Assembly: GCA_002269645.1 (NCBI GenBank)
Contig: NIVC01000632.1
Coordinates: 1 to 64,000 of the forward strand
DNA: 64,000 nucleotides
Direction of reading: 5' to 3'
Source: Macrostomum lignano
Taxonomy: Eukaryota
The notes below the pieces were generated by a model. The model had not been told where the DNA came from and did not search any database. It saw only the letters and a list, made by a program, of their open reading frames with translations. Numbering within the stretch: the first letter of the stretch is position 1; each line of letters starts with the position of its first letter. Both the position numbers and the translations under genes were made by a program. Shown here in pieces: positions 1-13,009 of the stretch.

Positions 1-365
1 CGATGTCCTCGCAGCGTGATCGATCCAATGACGGGCGTTGGCCTTCTTTACAGTCGACGCACTGCTCGCGGTCGCGCTGACGATGGCGTACTCGGCGCAC
101 TCACGCAGACCCAGCAGCGCACTCGCATGCGCTCGGTGATCTGCTTGGCGCCGACCTGGCAGGCCGGCTGGCAGGCTGACAATGGTGGAGCGGCGGCGCC
201 GCGCGAAACCTCAGCAGGTCGGGCTCCAGACGCAGCCGCTCGTTGTCGTACAGGCCGACCTGGACCCACTCGTAGCCGGAGGGCTCTTCTGAAAATTGAG
301 CACCCTGTAGCGAGGCGGGCCGTCCGAGTTGAACTGAGTGAACTCGAAGTTCATGCCAGTCAGGC
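1..365 (-). CDS. mGluR-like receptor exon 8 (end of flytrap plus cysteine-rich domain), frameshifted, runs off the window
   Basis: GLTGMNFEF...DGPPRYRVLNFQK, then pieces in different frames: YEWVQVGLYDN, SACQPACQVG..CWVC, ECAEYAIV, CVDCKEGQRPSLDRSRCEDI. Confidence 0.85.
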
Positions 366-697
366 CTGTCAATGGGGCATTGTAGAGTTTTTCTAGTAGT
401 ATATTATCTAGACTAGAAGGACGCAGCACTTTCAAATCGTGGAAAAAAATCCAAGGCCGATTATTAGAATGTCTGTATCTCCGAATCGATTCCTTGCAGG
501 TTACTTTTCTCGTCAGATTGTTCAGATATTTGTCCCCTACCAAGCAAGTCATTAATTTATTTTCAAACTAGATGTAGGTGCAAGAAAAATCCTGAACAAT
601 GGAGACACTCTATATTTAGGTGCGTTTGGTAGTCAAGTCTTTAATTTTAAGGAAGCAATAAAGTAGCCGAAAACATAGACTCAATTTTTTGTTAATA

Positions 698-1690
698 TAC
701 CTTTTCACTTCGGAGTCGTCAAAAGTGAGTTCAAATTCGTCAGCGTATGCAAAACTGTATAGCGCTCAAGGGGAAGAGAATGAGTGTCTATGGTAAATTT
801 TTAGAGAAAGTGACTTCGAATTTGTCTAAGTAAGTGAAATTCGTCAGTGCAAATACAGCCTGATCAGAAAAAGTGTTTGCTTTGTCCATGGTAAGAAAAG
901 AAGATTTCTATGGTAAATTTAAGTAAGAAAAAGAGTGAAGTTCGTCTGTGGAAAAGTATCCGAATTTCTTGAAATCTTCATGTCATGCTTTGATTGGTGT
1001 CAGAGATGCTCTACATGAGAATTTCGTCTGTGGATCGCTCTAGATTCGTGCGATGTTTTCAACAAGGACGAGACTGGAGACAACTCGCAATTGAACTGGA
1101 TATGAAGAGGACAACTGCCAGTGACATCATCAGGAGATATGTATATGAGGGTAGGATTGATCTTAACGCGTGTGGCGGTGCAGTGAGACCAAAGTTTTCT
1201 GAGGAGATGCTCGGGGCGTTGACGAGGTATGTGGAAGAGAAGCCGACTGTGACCCTCAAGAAATGCAGCAAAAAGCTTGTTGGAGATTTTCCTGCTGCTC
1301 CTGCTGTGACAACACAGGCAATCAGTCGTCGGCTTGACGGGACTTTGTGCGTTACATTGGCTGTTTGTTGTCATGTAGGGCATCTCTGACAACAATCAAA
1401 GCATGAAATGAAGATTTCAGGAAATTGGGCTACTTTTCCACAGACGAACTTCAACTCACTTTCTTACTTAAATTTACCATAAACACCTTTTCTTACCATG
1501 GACAAAGCAAACACTTTTTCTGATCAGGCTGTATTTGCACTGACGAATTTCACTTACTTAGACGAATTCGAAGTCACTTTCTCTAAAAACTTACCATAGA
1601 CACTCCTTCTCTTCCCCTTGAGCGCTATATAGTTTTGCATACGCTGACGAATTTGAACTCACTTTTGACGACTCCGAAGTTGAAAAGGTA
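698..1690 (+). mobile_element. Non-autonomous Tc1/mariner-type element with ~310 bp TIRs; ORF 994-1389 is only the N-terminal HTH DNA-binding region
   Basis: 695-1010 is the reverse complement of 1380-1693; TATA at both ends (TA target duplication); WRQLAIELDMKRTTASDIIRRY...GGAVRPKFSEE HTH-like; no DDE domain. Confidence 0.8.
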
Positions 1691-3033
1691 TATAATAGTA
1701 CGCTCGTAGTCTCATTACCAGAGACGTGTTTCTGAAAATATTTGAAGCCTAGAGACCATATACAGGAGCCGAACACATTGGTCCATTTCCTTGAAAATCT
1801 GTCTCACAAGATGCCCAGTCATTCTAAAAAATGAGTGAGCAAAAAAAGTCAATAAACACTTTTAAAACAATAAAGACTTCTCTTCTGATTCTGACACGAA
1901 TCCAGAGTGTAACGTCCTTCTGTAACCAAGTGTTCCTAGTGGTCTTTGTACCTACTATGGCAGCTCAAGATGTACTTGAATAGTTCCTCAGTTGAGTGCT
2001 AGCAGTGCAAGGCCATAACTTCGTACTCGTACCGTATCTCGCAGCTCTTCAGATAGCACTCGTATTTCTTCGATCGGGGGGGGCGGCTATTTATTCTTTT
2101 ATCAGCTGCTCTGCATCAATTTTCAGCAATCTGGACTTGCAGGCCTCTATTCAGCTATTGTAGAGATAATCTGCATCAAGCAGCAACTATGGGGATTACT
2201 AAGGGAATTGCGATCGAGTCCCTCTGCTAGCCGTTGCTATTTGTTTCGTTAGGCGCGCGCTCTGGAGAAACAGAATTAGATAATTAAGCCGATATGTTGC
2301 TAGCGATCTGTGTGCTGTCAGCCAGAAATCTATTTTAGTCAAACAGACAAATAAATAACCTGCAGAAAGTCAACCAAATCGAAAAAAACCCTCATTTAGG
2401 AGACGACAAAAACATCTTATTGAAATAGATGATTTATTTGGGTTCGTCGTGCGATTCAAACCCTGAGGACCAACCCCCATGACACTTAGAGTGTACATGC
2501 CTGACGATTAGAAAGTCAAAGGGCCGCTGTACACCCTGTGTGAGCGTGTGTATCATTGCGTGCCTGCGCACAGTATTGGTGCGCTTGTATGTTGCTCAGG
2601 AGTCAGCGGAATGAGCAGAACTGCCGTCAGCGCTGGTTATGGGGCCATTTCAGGGTGCCCGGAGGCCTTCTGCGAATATTTCTTCTCTCAGCTCTCAACA
2701 GAGGATGCGACTCTCAACACCGACACACAAGCGTGGACTTCGTGCATGTTTTCCCTTGTTCTTGCTCTGAAGAAATCGGATTTTTCGTGCCCCGATTTGT
2801 CTATGGCAAATCCTCATCCAGCGCTATGCGCTCTCTGGAGTACACTAAGATACGCAAAACAGGCGTTCCCTATCAGTCTCCAGCCTATTTCTAAGAATAT
2901 CAAGTGTAGCGACGTTCTGCTTCAGCTGACTATGGTTTACTAGTGCGTCTGATGCTGACCCTCTCCTCTCTTTGCTTCTTTGCTATAATACGCAATTCCT
3001 AGAACAGTAAGTATCACAGCAAGTCTAACTCAC

Positions 3034-3145
3034 CCGTGAAGGTGACCGTCTTCAGCTCCTGCAACAATTCGGCCCCATTCGTAGCCAGATGCTCAATGCA
3101 TTGCTCTCTGCTCAGGCCTTTAGTGCAGACCTTCTGACGCATGTT
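3034..3145 (-). CDS. mGluR-like receptor exon 7
   Basis: NMRQKVCTKGLSREQC...NGAELLQELKTVTFTG; TGTAG| acceptor, G|GTGAGT donor. Confidence 0.87.
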
Positions 3146-3224
3146 CTACAATGCATTGCGGATTGATGCTTAAATATCTAGTATTGTTACAAGTGAGTCT
3201 GTGAGATTTGTCCGCCGAGCTTTG

Positions 3225-3595
3225 CCAGCCACAGATGGGACGCCAGCTACAGATGGGACGCCAGCTACAGATGGGACGCCAGCTACAGATGGGACGCCAG
3301 CTACAGAGAAGGCGCCAGCTACAGAGAAGGCGCCAGCTACAGAGGAGGCGCCAGCTACAGAGAAGACACCAGCTACAGAGAAGGCACCAGCTACAGAGAA
3401 GGCACCAGCTACAGAGAAGGCACCAGCTACAGAGAAGGCGCCAGCTACAGAGGAGGCGCCAGCTACAGAGAAGACACCAGCTACAGAGAAGGCACCAGCT
3501 ACAGAGAAGGCGCCAGCTACAGAGGAGGCGCCAGCTACAGAGAAGGCACCAGCTACAGAGGGGGCGCCAGCTACATAAGGGGCGTTAGCTACAGG
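3225..3595. repeat. 18 bp minisatellite (GCCAGCTACAGAGAAGGC) in mGluR intron 6
   Basis: Tandem units; explains the ATEKAP repeat ORFs. Confidence 0.95.
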
Positions 3596-3813
3596 GACAC
3601 AGACTATAAAGGACTCTGTGACTGCTGCTGGAAGCGGGCTGCATCGAGCTGCTTGACAGCGAGTTCACCAATAGGCTTGCTGACTGTCCTCGTCTCAGAA
3701 GATACTGTAGGCGGGAAAATCCCCAGGAGCCAAAATTCACGGCAGCCATTTCTCGTGCTCCCACCACGGATTCCAACTAATTGCTATACGCTAGCCAGAG
3801 CGCTAAAGCTCAC

Positions 3814-4104
3814 CTTCAGAGCCACGGCGAAAGCCATGACGGCATCGCTGACGAACTGCAGCTGCTGCTCGAGCAGGAACTTGCTATCGGTCTCGGCCAT
3901 GCGCAGGTGTGGCGAGCAGCTGCTGTAGTACTGCTGGTTGTAGGGCGTCTCCGTGGCCCAGGGCAGTCGGCATTCGAAGTAGTCTTCCCAGAACTCGGTG
4001 AACCACGGGTTTCGAGTGTTGTCAGCCGGCGTGAGGCCGAGAAAGTAGCGCTTGAACCCTTCGACCTCTTTGGCCAGCGGCTGCACCGTGACGGCGCCTT
4101 CTAC
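3814..4104 (-). CDS. mGluR-like receptor exon 6
   Basis: VEGAVTVQPLAKEVEGFKRYFLGLTPADNTRNPWFTEFWEDYFEC...QLQFVSDAVMAFAVALK; 291 nt; AG/GTGAGC. Confidence 0.94.
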
Positions 4105-4734
4105 CTGGAATTGTGGGGTGTTTGTTTCTTTCGATAGCAGTCTTCACTTGCAGTTTCTGGTTTATCTACTGTAAAACTATGCAGGTATATATAAATATAT
4201 TCGCAGTAGGGCTGCGGGCACCATCGTCCCACAACCAATTCCGCTGACACGTGAGCTCATACTCACACAACTCAAGCGCTCATACAGGGTGTAGAGCTGC
4301 CCTTCGACTTTCCAATCGTCAGCCAAATGAATGCGGCCGCGCACGGAGTCGAAGTAAGGGACGCTTGCCGCTTAGCTGGTTTCTTTCCTATAAATGACTC
4401 TACGCTGGCAGTTTCAAAGCTCACATTTCTTTCCCATTAATAGTGCATCAGTTGTCATGCGAGCTGTCTTGAATCGATAAATCGCAGCCATTCAGAGAAA
4501 TTTGTAGAGCTTTCTATGCTTTACGAAATCGGACGCTAGCTAGCGGGAACATCGCAATGAGTTTCGGTTGAATCAAATCCATCGATCTAAGGGATTTCTG
4601 CCAGGAATCAATTTTAGCTCGTAAGACGAAGAGAGTCCGTATCGAATTACCTGAGTACCGTCTGTCAGGCCTGACTTACTTGGACAGATGAAGCAGAAGG
4701 ACGCTGCTCGTGAAAATCGTGCAACTTTCGCATG

Positions 4735-5690
4735 CGAAATGAGATGGGACGTTTCCGTTTTTCAGCACTGAATCCCCAATGCCTCACCTGCTGGACTTCC
4801 GAATTGCAAATGCAGCCAGCAGGTGTTTTGTCCGAGCTGCGCTCACAAGTTTATCAAGCTGCTTTTTCATGAACTGCTGCCGGAGACCGGCAAGCAAGCA
4901 GAGTTGCGGCGAGATTGCAGCCGCTCCTGTCTCTGCAGTGTTTTGTCTGGACGGATTTGTCTATGGCCAAACCCCACTCAAAGCAAAACTGCAAAATCCC
5001 TTTAGAAAACACAAGTGTCCCTGATCTTTGCCGCTCTCTAAAAATACTTTTTCAAATTTTTCACGACGAACTTGTGAGCGCAGCTCGGACAAAACACCTG
5101 CTGGCTGCATCTGAAATTCGGAAATCCAGCAGGTGAGGCATTGGGAATTCAGTGCTGAGAAACTAAAAAACTTCCCATCTCACCAATGCAGTTCGCTGCG
5201 AAATCTGCGAGTGCAGCGTCCTTCTGCATTTGTCCTCCATTGGATGAGGACAGGAAATGAGTAGCAAAAATGAAATCAAATTCAATCACTGCTTTACGCT
5301 TGCATTGGCGGGAGAGAAAATGCCAGTTTTGCCGGGCTAAATTTGCACGGAACTGTCCTGCTTCTTCTCTAATCGGATTTCGCAAAACGGATATTTGTTG
5401 GCTTTTGACCGAGAAAAAAATACCATTTTGAGAAGTCCTTGAAAGGTACTTTTCTGTAAGTTTGCTAGAGACAGTTCGGGCACTGTGGGGGCCTGAAACA
5501 AAAATGTCTCTTATCTTCGCCGCGCTATAATAATACTTTTTAAAAACATTTTTAAAACGAAATTGTCTACGCAGCTCGGGCAAAACACCTGCTGGCTGCA
5601 TTTGCAATTCAGAAGTCCAGCAGGTGAGATGTTGGGAATTCAGCACTGCTAAAAACTGAAAGCTTCCCATCTCGACAATGCTTTTCGCAA
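4735..5690. mobile_element. MITE-like foldback element: ~125 bp arm at ~4735-4860, inverted at ~5065-5185 and again at ~5570-5690
   Basis: CTCACCTGCTGGACTTCCGAATTGCAAATGCAGCCAGCAGGTGTTTTG and its complement occur three times. Confidence 0.65.
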
Positions 5691-6106
5691 GGAGATCTGC
5701 ATGGTTTGCGAGTCCAGCGGCTTTCAGCTTCAGCTGTCCATGGTGATCCACAAAATTCTCTCTTGCGCTCGTAGTTTATAAGAACTAAGAGACATTTTTC
5801 TGCTTTATTACTAAATATACTGATGGCATCAACTAAGACCAAGCCTTAATAGTTTTGCTTCCGGTGCTCTTGGGGGTTTTGAATAGATAATTAAACCCTT
5901 AATAAAATAGATTCTGTACTGCAGTTGAACTAAATAAATCTTTCAAAATTTATCTACTTTTCATTTCCCCATATCTTTTACAGCTGAGAGCATACTTCAA
6001 TTTTTGTTTTTAATGCGTTGAAGGCCTTGAAGAAGCTTCGATAAAAATCTCAGCAGCACATCCGGGAAGTACAGCATGCATGGCCCTGGCTTCACCCAGG
6101 ACTCAC

Positions 6107-6252
6107 CACTCGCTCCGTGTTGTCCTTGTAGACCAGCGGCCGGGCGCCCCAGCCGTCCGAGCCGATCCAGCTGAACTTGTCCGTGTAGTTCAGGTCGCGC
6201 ACTGCCGACATGAAGTCGCCAACTTCCTGGTCTGAGCCGAATACAACCACGC
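6107..6252 (-). CDS. mGluR-like receptor exon 5
   Basis: GVVVFGSDQEVGDFMSAV...FSWIGSDGWGAR; AG/GTGAGT boundaries. Confidence 0.92.
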
Positions 6253-6309
6253 CTGCGATTTGTCGGTTGGGTGTGCACAGCTGCTGGACTCCGGGCTTAG
6301 ATTCACCCA

Positions 6310-6735
6310 CTCTCCGATGCTTCACCCACCCCACTCCTCCGATGCTTCACCCACCCACTCCTCCGATGCTTCACCCACCCCACTCCTCCGATGCTTCACC
6401 CACTCCAGTCCCGCGATGCTTCACCCACCCCACTCCTCCGATGCTTCACCCACCCACTCCTCCGATGCTTCACCCACCCCACTCCTCCGATGCTTCACCC
6501 ACTCCAGTCCCGCGATGCTTCACCCACCCACTCCTCCGATGCTTCACCCACCCCACTCCTCCGATGCTTCACCCACTCCAGTCCCGCGATGCTTCACCCA
6601 CCCCACTCCTCCAATGCTTCACCCACCCCACTCCTCCGATGCTTCACCAACCCCACTCCTCCGATACTTCACCCACCCCACTCCTCCGATGCTTCACCCA
6701 CCCCACTCCTCCGATGCTTCACCCACCCCACTCCA
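6310..6735. repeat. 25 bp minisatellite (ACCCACCCCACTCCTCCGATGCTTC) in mGluR intron 4
   Basis: CCGAT recurs at 6661, 6686, 6711. Confidence 0.95.
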
Positions 6736-6753
6736 CAGATCCCATGCTCTCAC

Positions 6754-6916
6754 CCGAAGCACCAATTCCCTCGAAAGAGCTCTGGTGCTTAACCAGTCGG
6801 TGAATTTTGGTATAATATTCTTCAATTTTAGCCAGCTTGGAGTCCCTGGGCAGAGTCTCAACCAGAGCTGCGCAGATTCTGTTGCTTCTAAACAGCTTCT
6901 CGATCTCTTCGAACGC
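6754..6916 (-). CDS. mGluR-like receptor exon 4
   Basis: AFEEIEKLFRSNRICAA...KIEEYYTKIHRLVKH; 163 nt, ends in phase 1, matching exon 5. Confidence 0.85.
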
Positions 6917-7008
6917 CTGAGATTGATAGAAAAAAAATAAAAACGAAATCTTATTCTTCTACTCTTCGATTCATTTAGCGACTGTAAGTGAATTTGCTAG
7001 TTGCTTAC

Positions 7009-7179
7009 CTCTCTGCCGTATTTGGAATCCTCGTACACAATAGACACATAAGACCAATTGAATGCCATGATGAGGTCCACAATAACAATGGCTTGGTACT
7101 TGTCCGACGGTATGGTTCGCAGGAAGTAGGGAAACCGGTTCTTGTCCGACAGCTGAGGCGCTGTCGAGAAGAAGCTGAT
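7009..7179 (-). CDS. mGluR-like receptor exon 3
   Basis: ISFFSTAPQLSDKNRFPYFLRTIPSDKYQ...WSYVSIVYEDSKYGRE; AG/GTAAGC boundaries; 171 nt. Confidence 0.93.
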
Positions 7180-7234
7180 CTGCGAGCGGGCAGATATGGT
7201 TGGATGTGAAAGAATGGCGGGTGAGTGAGCGACA

Positions 7235-7910
7235 AATAGGAGGAGAGTGAGAGACAAATGGCAGAGATCGTGAAAGACAAATGGCAGAGATCGTGAGAGA
7301 CAAATGGCAGAGATCGTGAGAGACAAATAGCAGGAGGGTGAGAGACAAATGGCAGAGATCGTGAGAGACAAATAGCAGGAGGGTGAAAGACAAATGGCAG
7401 AGATGGTGAGAGACAAATGGCAGAGATCGTGAAAGACAAATGGCAGAGATGGTGAGAGACAATTAAATGGCAGAGATGGTGAGAGACAAATAGCAGGAGG
7501 GTGAGAGACAAATGGCAGAGATCGTGAGAGACAAATGGCAGAGATGGTGAGAGACAAATGGCAGAGATGGTGAGAGACAAATAGCAGGAGGGTGAGAGAC
7601 AAATGGCAGAGATGGTGAGAGACAAATGGCAGAGATGGTGAGAGACAAATGGCAGAGATGGTGAGAGACAAATGGCAGAGATGGTGAGAGACAAATAGCA
7701 GGAGGGTGAGAGACAAATGGCAGAGATCGTGAGAGACAAATGGCAGAGATGGTGAGAGACAAATAGCAGGAGGGTGAGAGACAAATGGCAGAGATGGTGA
7801 GAGACAAATGGCAGAGATGGTGAGAGACAAATAGCAGGAGGGTGAGAGACAAATGGCAGAGATGGTGAGAGACAAATGGCAGAGATGGTGAGAGACAAAT
7901 GGCAGGAGGG
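7235..7910. repeat. 22-23 bp minisatellite (GAGAGACAAATGGCAGAGATGGT and variants) in mGluR intron 2
   Basis: GACAAAT at 7621, 7644, 7667. Confidence 0.95.
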
Positions 7911-8001
7911 TAAGTGGTTTTTTAATTTAGCTATAATTTTAGATACTATAACAACATTCATCGAAACAGCTTGAGCAAGAGCTACTCAATCCAATAGCTA
8001 C

Positions 8002-8144
8002 CTGTGGTATGTCGAACAATTTCAATAAAGAGGCCACGTGATTCGACGTGATGGACGATGGGGCTCCGACCACTCCTGTGATGATGGGGATGTTGTCGTT
8101 TCGCTTGCGACACTGCACCTGGCCGGAGATGATCTTCGGGGAGG
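8002..8144 (-). CDS. mGluR-like receptor exon 2
   Basis: Read by hand: CCGCAG| acceptor, phase 1 matches exon 1; ITGVVGAPSSITSNHVASLLKLFDIPQ; |GTAGCT donor. Confidence 0.88.
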
Positions 8145-8194
8145 CTGCGGTGTGACGATGGGTTAGCTTGAGTAGGATGGTTGAGTGGTTTTAA

Positions 8195-8620
8195 GATGAC
8201 TGAGTGGTCTTAGGAATGACTGAGTGGACTTAGAAATGACTGAGTGGTTTTAGGAATGACTGAGTGGTTGTAGGAATGACTGAGTGGTTTTAGGAATGAC
8301 TGAGTGGTCTTAGGAATGACTGAATGGTCTTAGGAATGATTAAATGGTCTTAAGAATGACTGAGCGACCAAAGGAAAGAATGATGGGTCTTAGGAATGAC
8401 TGAGCGGCCAAAGGAAAGAATAATGGGTCTTAGGAATGACTGAGTGGTCTTAGGAATGACTAAATGGTCTTAGGAATGAGTGAATGGACTTAAGAATGAC
8501 TGAGTGATCTTAAGAATGACTGAATGGTCTTAGAAATGACTGAGTAATCTTAGGAATGACTGAATGGACTTAGGAATGACTGAGTGGGCTTAGGTATGAC
8601 TGAGTGGTTTCAGAAATGAC
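8195..8620. repeat. 20 bp minisatellite (GACTGAGTGGTCTTAGGAAT)
   Basis: Tandem units. Confidence 0.92.
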
Positions 8621-9204
8621 TTTTAGCTAATTTTAGAAGCAGTTCCAGATCAGTGGCCAACTGTGAAACTGAGAGTCCTTGAAGCTGATTCAGAGTCCGG
8701 AACCAAATTCAATTTTCTACGAGGAATCTGCCTACATTTGACAATTCTTTTCAAAACAGCTCCAGAAAGGCTGAATTAGTTTTGGCACTTCAACAGAGAG
8801 CCAAGAGAGTTCCGGCTCTCCGTCAGTGGGCTCAGTGGACTCATTCTCTGAGACTTAGTAAGAGAATTAACAATCAATCAGTATGCATCACCGCAGTTCG
8901 GGGCTAATATCAACTTCTTTAGGTGAGAACACTCCTAGGGTTTGAGGCGATTTTGGCCTAGAGGGGTGAGAGGCACACAACACTCTGAAGAGGGCTTGGA
9001 GCTTTTTCACCTGCCGTCTGAAATCTGCTTAATTAATTTTCTGGCTGAATATTCTCAGTTGAAAATAGAAAATACGTTTTCCTGAATGTAAAAAATACTT
9101 TAAATGGCTTTCGTGAATGCGAAGCTAGAGAATTTTTTTAATGGACTTTTCTTAGAAATAAGCAGATGGTTTTTTGCTTCTGGGACTTGGAAATTCATTT
9201 CATT

Positions 9205-10135
9205 CATTCACGAGTTGAGATTCACGAGTTGAGATTCACGAGTTGAGATTCACGAGTTGAGATTCACGAGTTGAGATTCACGAGTTGAGATTCACGAGTT
9301 GAGATTCACGAGTTGAGATTCACGAGTTTGAGATTCACGAGTTGAGATTCACGAGTTGAGATTCACGAGTTTGAGATTCACGAGTTGAGATTCACGAGTT
9401 GAGACTCACGTGTTGAGATTCACGAGTTTGAGATTCACGAGTTGAGATTCACGAGTTGAGATTCACGAGTTTGAGATTCACGAGTTGAGATTCACGAGTT
9501 GAGATTCACGAGTTTGAGATTCACGAGTTGAGATTCACGAGTTGAGACTCACGAGTTGAGATTCACGAGTTTGAGATTCACGAGTTGAGATTCACGAGTT
9601 GAGATTCACGAGTTGAGATTCACGAGTTGAGACTCACGAGTTTGAGATTCACGAGTTGAGATTCACGAGTTGAGATTCACGAGTTTACGATTCACGAGTT
9701 GAGATTCACGAGTTGAGATTCACGAGTTGGAGATTCACGAGTTGAGATTCACGAGTTGGAGATTCACGAGTTGAGATACACGAGTTGCGATTCACGAGTT
9801 GAGGTTCATGAGTTGAGATTCACGAGTTGAGATACACGAGTTGAGATTCACGAGTTGAGATTCACGAGTTGAAATTCACGAGTTGGAGATTCACGAGTTG
9901 AGATTCACGAGTTGAAATTCACGAGTTTGAGATTCACGAGTTGAGATTCACGAGTTGAGATTCACGAGTTGGAGATTCACGAGTTGAGATTCACGAGTTG
10001 AGATTCACGAGTTGGAGATTCACGAGTTGAGATTCACGAGTTGGAGATTCACGAGTTGAGACTCACGAGTTGACATTCACTAGTTGAGATTCACGAGTTG
10101 AGATTCACGAGTTGAGATTCACGAGTTGGAGATTG
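9205..10135. repeat. 14 bp minisatellite (CGAGTTGAGATTCA)
   Basis: Tandem units with 15 bp variants. Confidence 0.95.
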
Positions 10136-10626
10136 GAGTCAAGGCCAACGGGGTGCATAATAAATTAAGGACACAGACCCAGATCAGCAAGGAGTTGGAT
10201 TTGTTTTATCTATTAACTAACTAAATTGCTACAAAAAGCAGAATATTTAAAACACGCTAATGCACTTTAAAGCGCTTTGTCTCGCGCTGCATTCGGGACC
10301 CAGAGTTTGCCCCAGTTAGTTACAGCAATAGTGCACATTCAATGCCGGCCGAGTGCTGAGCTAAAATAGCAAGCAAACACAACTCTGTCACTGGCAGCTG
10401 GAGTCGCCCAGTTTCACCCCTCCGGAATCCCGTCTGGAACCTGGGCGCCACCCTCGTACGAGCTACTGTCTGTTGATTCTCCGCGCTTCTCTTCCACCAG
10501 CCAATCCAGTGGAACGGAGCTCCGGTCTCGCTCTCGCAGGCGCGCGAAACCCCCGGCCCGCCAGCCTCCCCCCAGCTCCAGCGCCTGTCAGCGACACTTG
10601 CGGCGCGCTTCACTAAAAATCTGCCA

Positions 10627-10880
<254 letters not shown>

Positions 10881-11739
10881 TCCAGCATGACAGAGCAGCA
10901 CAGCAATCCTTCACCACCGGACTTAAAATTCGAGGGGGAAAATGTTCCTATTTGGCTAACGCTGCAGTTCTGCATCGCTGGGTGCCTCGATAATGCCAAG
11001 ATTAACGTTGTTATCCATTTATTAGGTGCTTGCTCCCAGTGTTTGAGGCGGTAGCGCACAGTTAGGCGGCCGGATGAAGCGATAGAGAAGCTGAGAAAGG
11101 TCCGTGAGAGAGAGAGAGAGAGATAGAAAGTCAGAGACTGAATTCAAAGCCGGTGCGTGCGAGCCCCGCGAGCTGAAAGTCGCGTGGCAACCAAGAAGTC
11201 CATTTCACGGTTGAAGTGGCTTCCCTAAAAACTTGCGCCGTCTTCTCTGGAATCCCCACTCATCATTTTCCCCCTCTCTCTGTCTTCCCCTTAGCCGCAG
11301 AGGCTCGGGAAAATTTCCCACTGCGAAGTGGCTGGGGTTGGTGGGCTTCGTAGGCGGGACTCGTGCCAGTCGGGTTACGCGAGTCTAATGCTACGCACTT
11401 CCTGCCGCCTCAGGCGCATCAAAGGCAGGCGCTGCTGCTACTAGAAGCTAGCTGCTCTGTTCGCGAGCGAAAGGGGAAAGCAGTATCTGGGGAAAAATGT
11501 TTTCTTTTGGAGCGCTGTCAAATGTGCAACCTAAATTTACTGCGCTGCTGTCAGCTGAAGTCGCTTTGCTTCTTTTTTTGCCGATTGTTTCTGTGTGAGT
11601 CAGGGCAGTTTCTATCCGGGATTTCTGCGTTTGAGTAGGCATACCCAAGGGGTTATTGAGAGATCTGCTTTTGCACTCATTGAATTAATTAAAGCTTAAT
11701 ATACTCGTAAGATACCACACATCCTTTTGACAGTGACAT

Positions 11740-12600
11740 CTCTGTATCCTCTCATCTCTCCCTATCCTCTCATCTCTCCCTTTCATCTCATCTTTTTCTA
11801 TCCTCTCATCTCTCCCTATCCTCTTCTCTCTCACTATCTTCTCATCTCTCCTATCTTCTCATCTCTCCCTTTAATCTCATCTCTCCCTATCCTCTCATCT
11901 CTCCCTATCTTCTCATCTCTCCCTATCCTCTCATCTCTCCCTTTCATCTCATCTCTCTCTATCCTCTCATCTTTTTCTATCCTCTCATCTCTCCCTATCC
12001 TCTCATCTCTCCCTATCCTCTCATCTCTCCCTATCCTCTTCTCTCTCCCTATCCTCTCATCTCTCCCTATCTTCTCACCTCTCATCTCTTCCTATCCTCT
12101 CATCTCTCCCTATCCTCTCATCTCTCCCTATCCTCTCATCTCTCCCTTATCCTCTCATCTCTCCCTATCCTCTCATCTCTCCCTATCCTCTCATCTCTCC
12201 CTATCCTCTCATCTCTCCTATCTTCTCATCTCTCCCTATCCTCTCATCTCTCCCTATCCTCTCATCTCTCCCTATCCTCTCATCTCTCCCTTATCCTCTC
12301 ATCTCTCCCTATCCTCTCATCTCTCCCTTTCATCTCATCTCTCCCTATCCTCTCATCTCTCTCTATCCTCTCATCTCTCCCTATCCTCTCATCTCTCCCT
12401 ATCCTCTCATCTCTCCTATCTTCTCATCTCTCCATTTAATCTCATCTCTCCCTATCCTCTCATCTCTCTCTATCTTCTCATCTCTCCCTTTAATCTCATC
12501 TCTCCCTATCCTCTCATCTCTCCCTATCCTCTCATATCTCACTCTATTCTCTCATACCCCTGTATTCTATGGTCTCCCCCTCTACATCTCTCGCATCTCC
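11740..12600. repeat. CT-rich 18 bp minisatellite (CTCATCTCTCCCTATCCT)
   Basis: Tandem degenerate units. Confidence 0.93.
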
Positions 12601-13009
12601 TCGGCTTCCGAATTCAATGAGTGATCTGAGAATAGCAAAACAGCAGCAAGTCTGAGCCTCTTCGAGGCAAATTCAGCTTCATTTGAAAACACACAGCAAT
12701 GAATTTTTCAATGCGAATGGCGGCTACCCCCCCCCCCCCCTTCGCTCTCTGGCCTGCGGTTGCAATCAATCTCATTGCTTGTTAGCGCTGCCTTAATCCT
12801 ATATACCGAGGTATCTGGCCTGGACACGAATTTTTAATTAACGAAAAAACACACGACCGAGAGTCTTCTAGATTTTTGGGAATTTTTCAGTCTATACTGT
12901 CTGTGGCAAAGCTACTGAGAATTGGCTTCTAAATATAAGTCTTTTCTTGTGAATTTTATTTATTACACTCCAATCTGAGTCGCTAGATATTTAGAAGGCC
13001 ATCCTCTGA

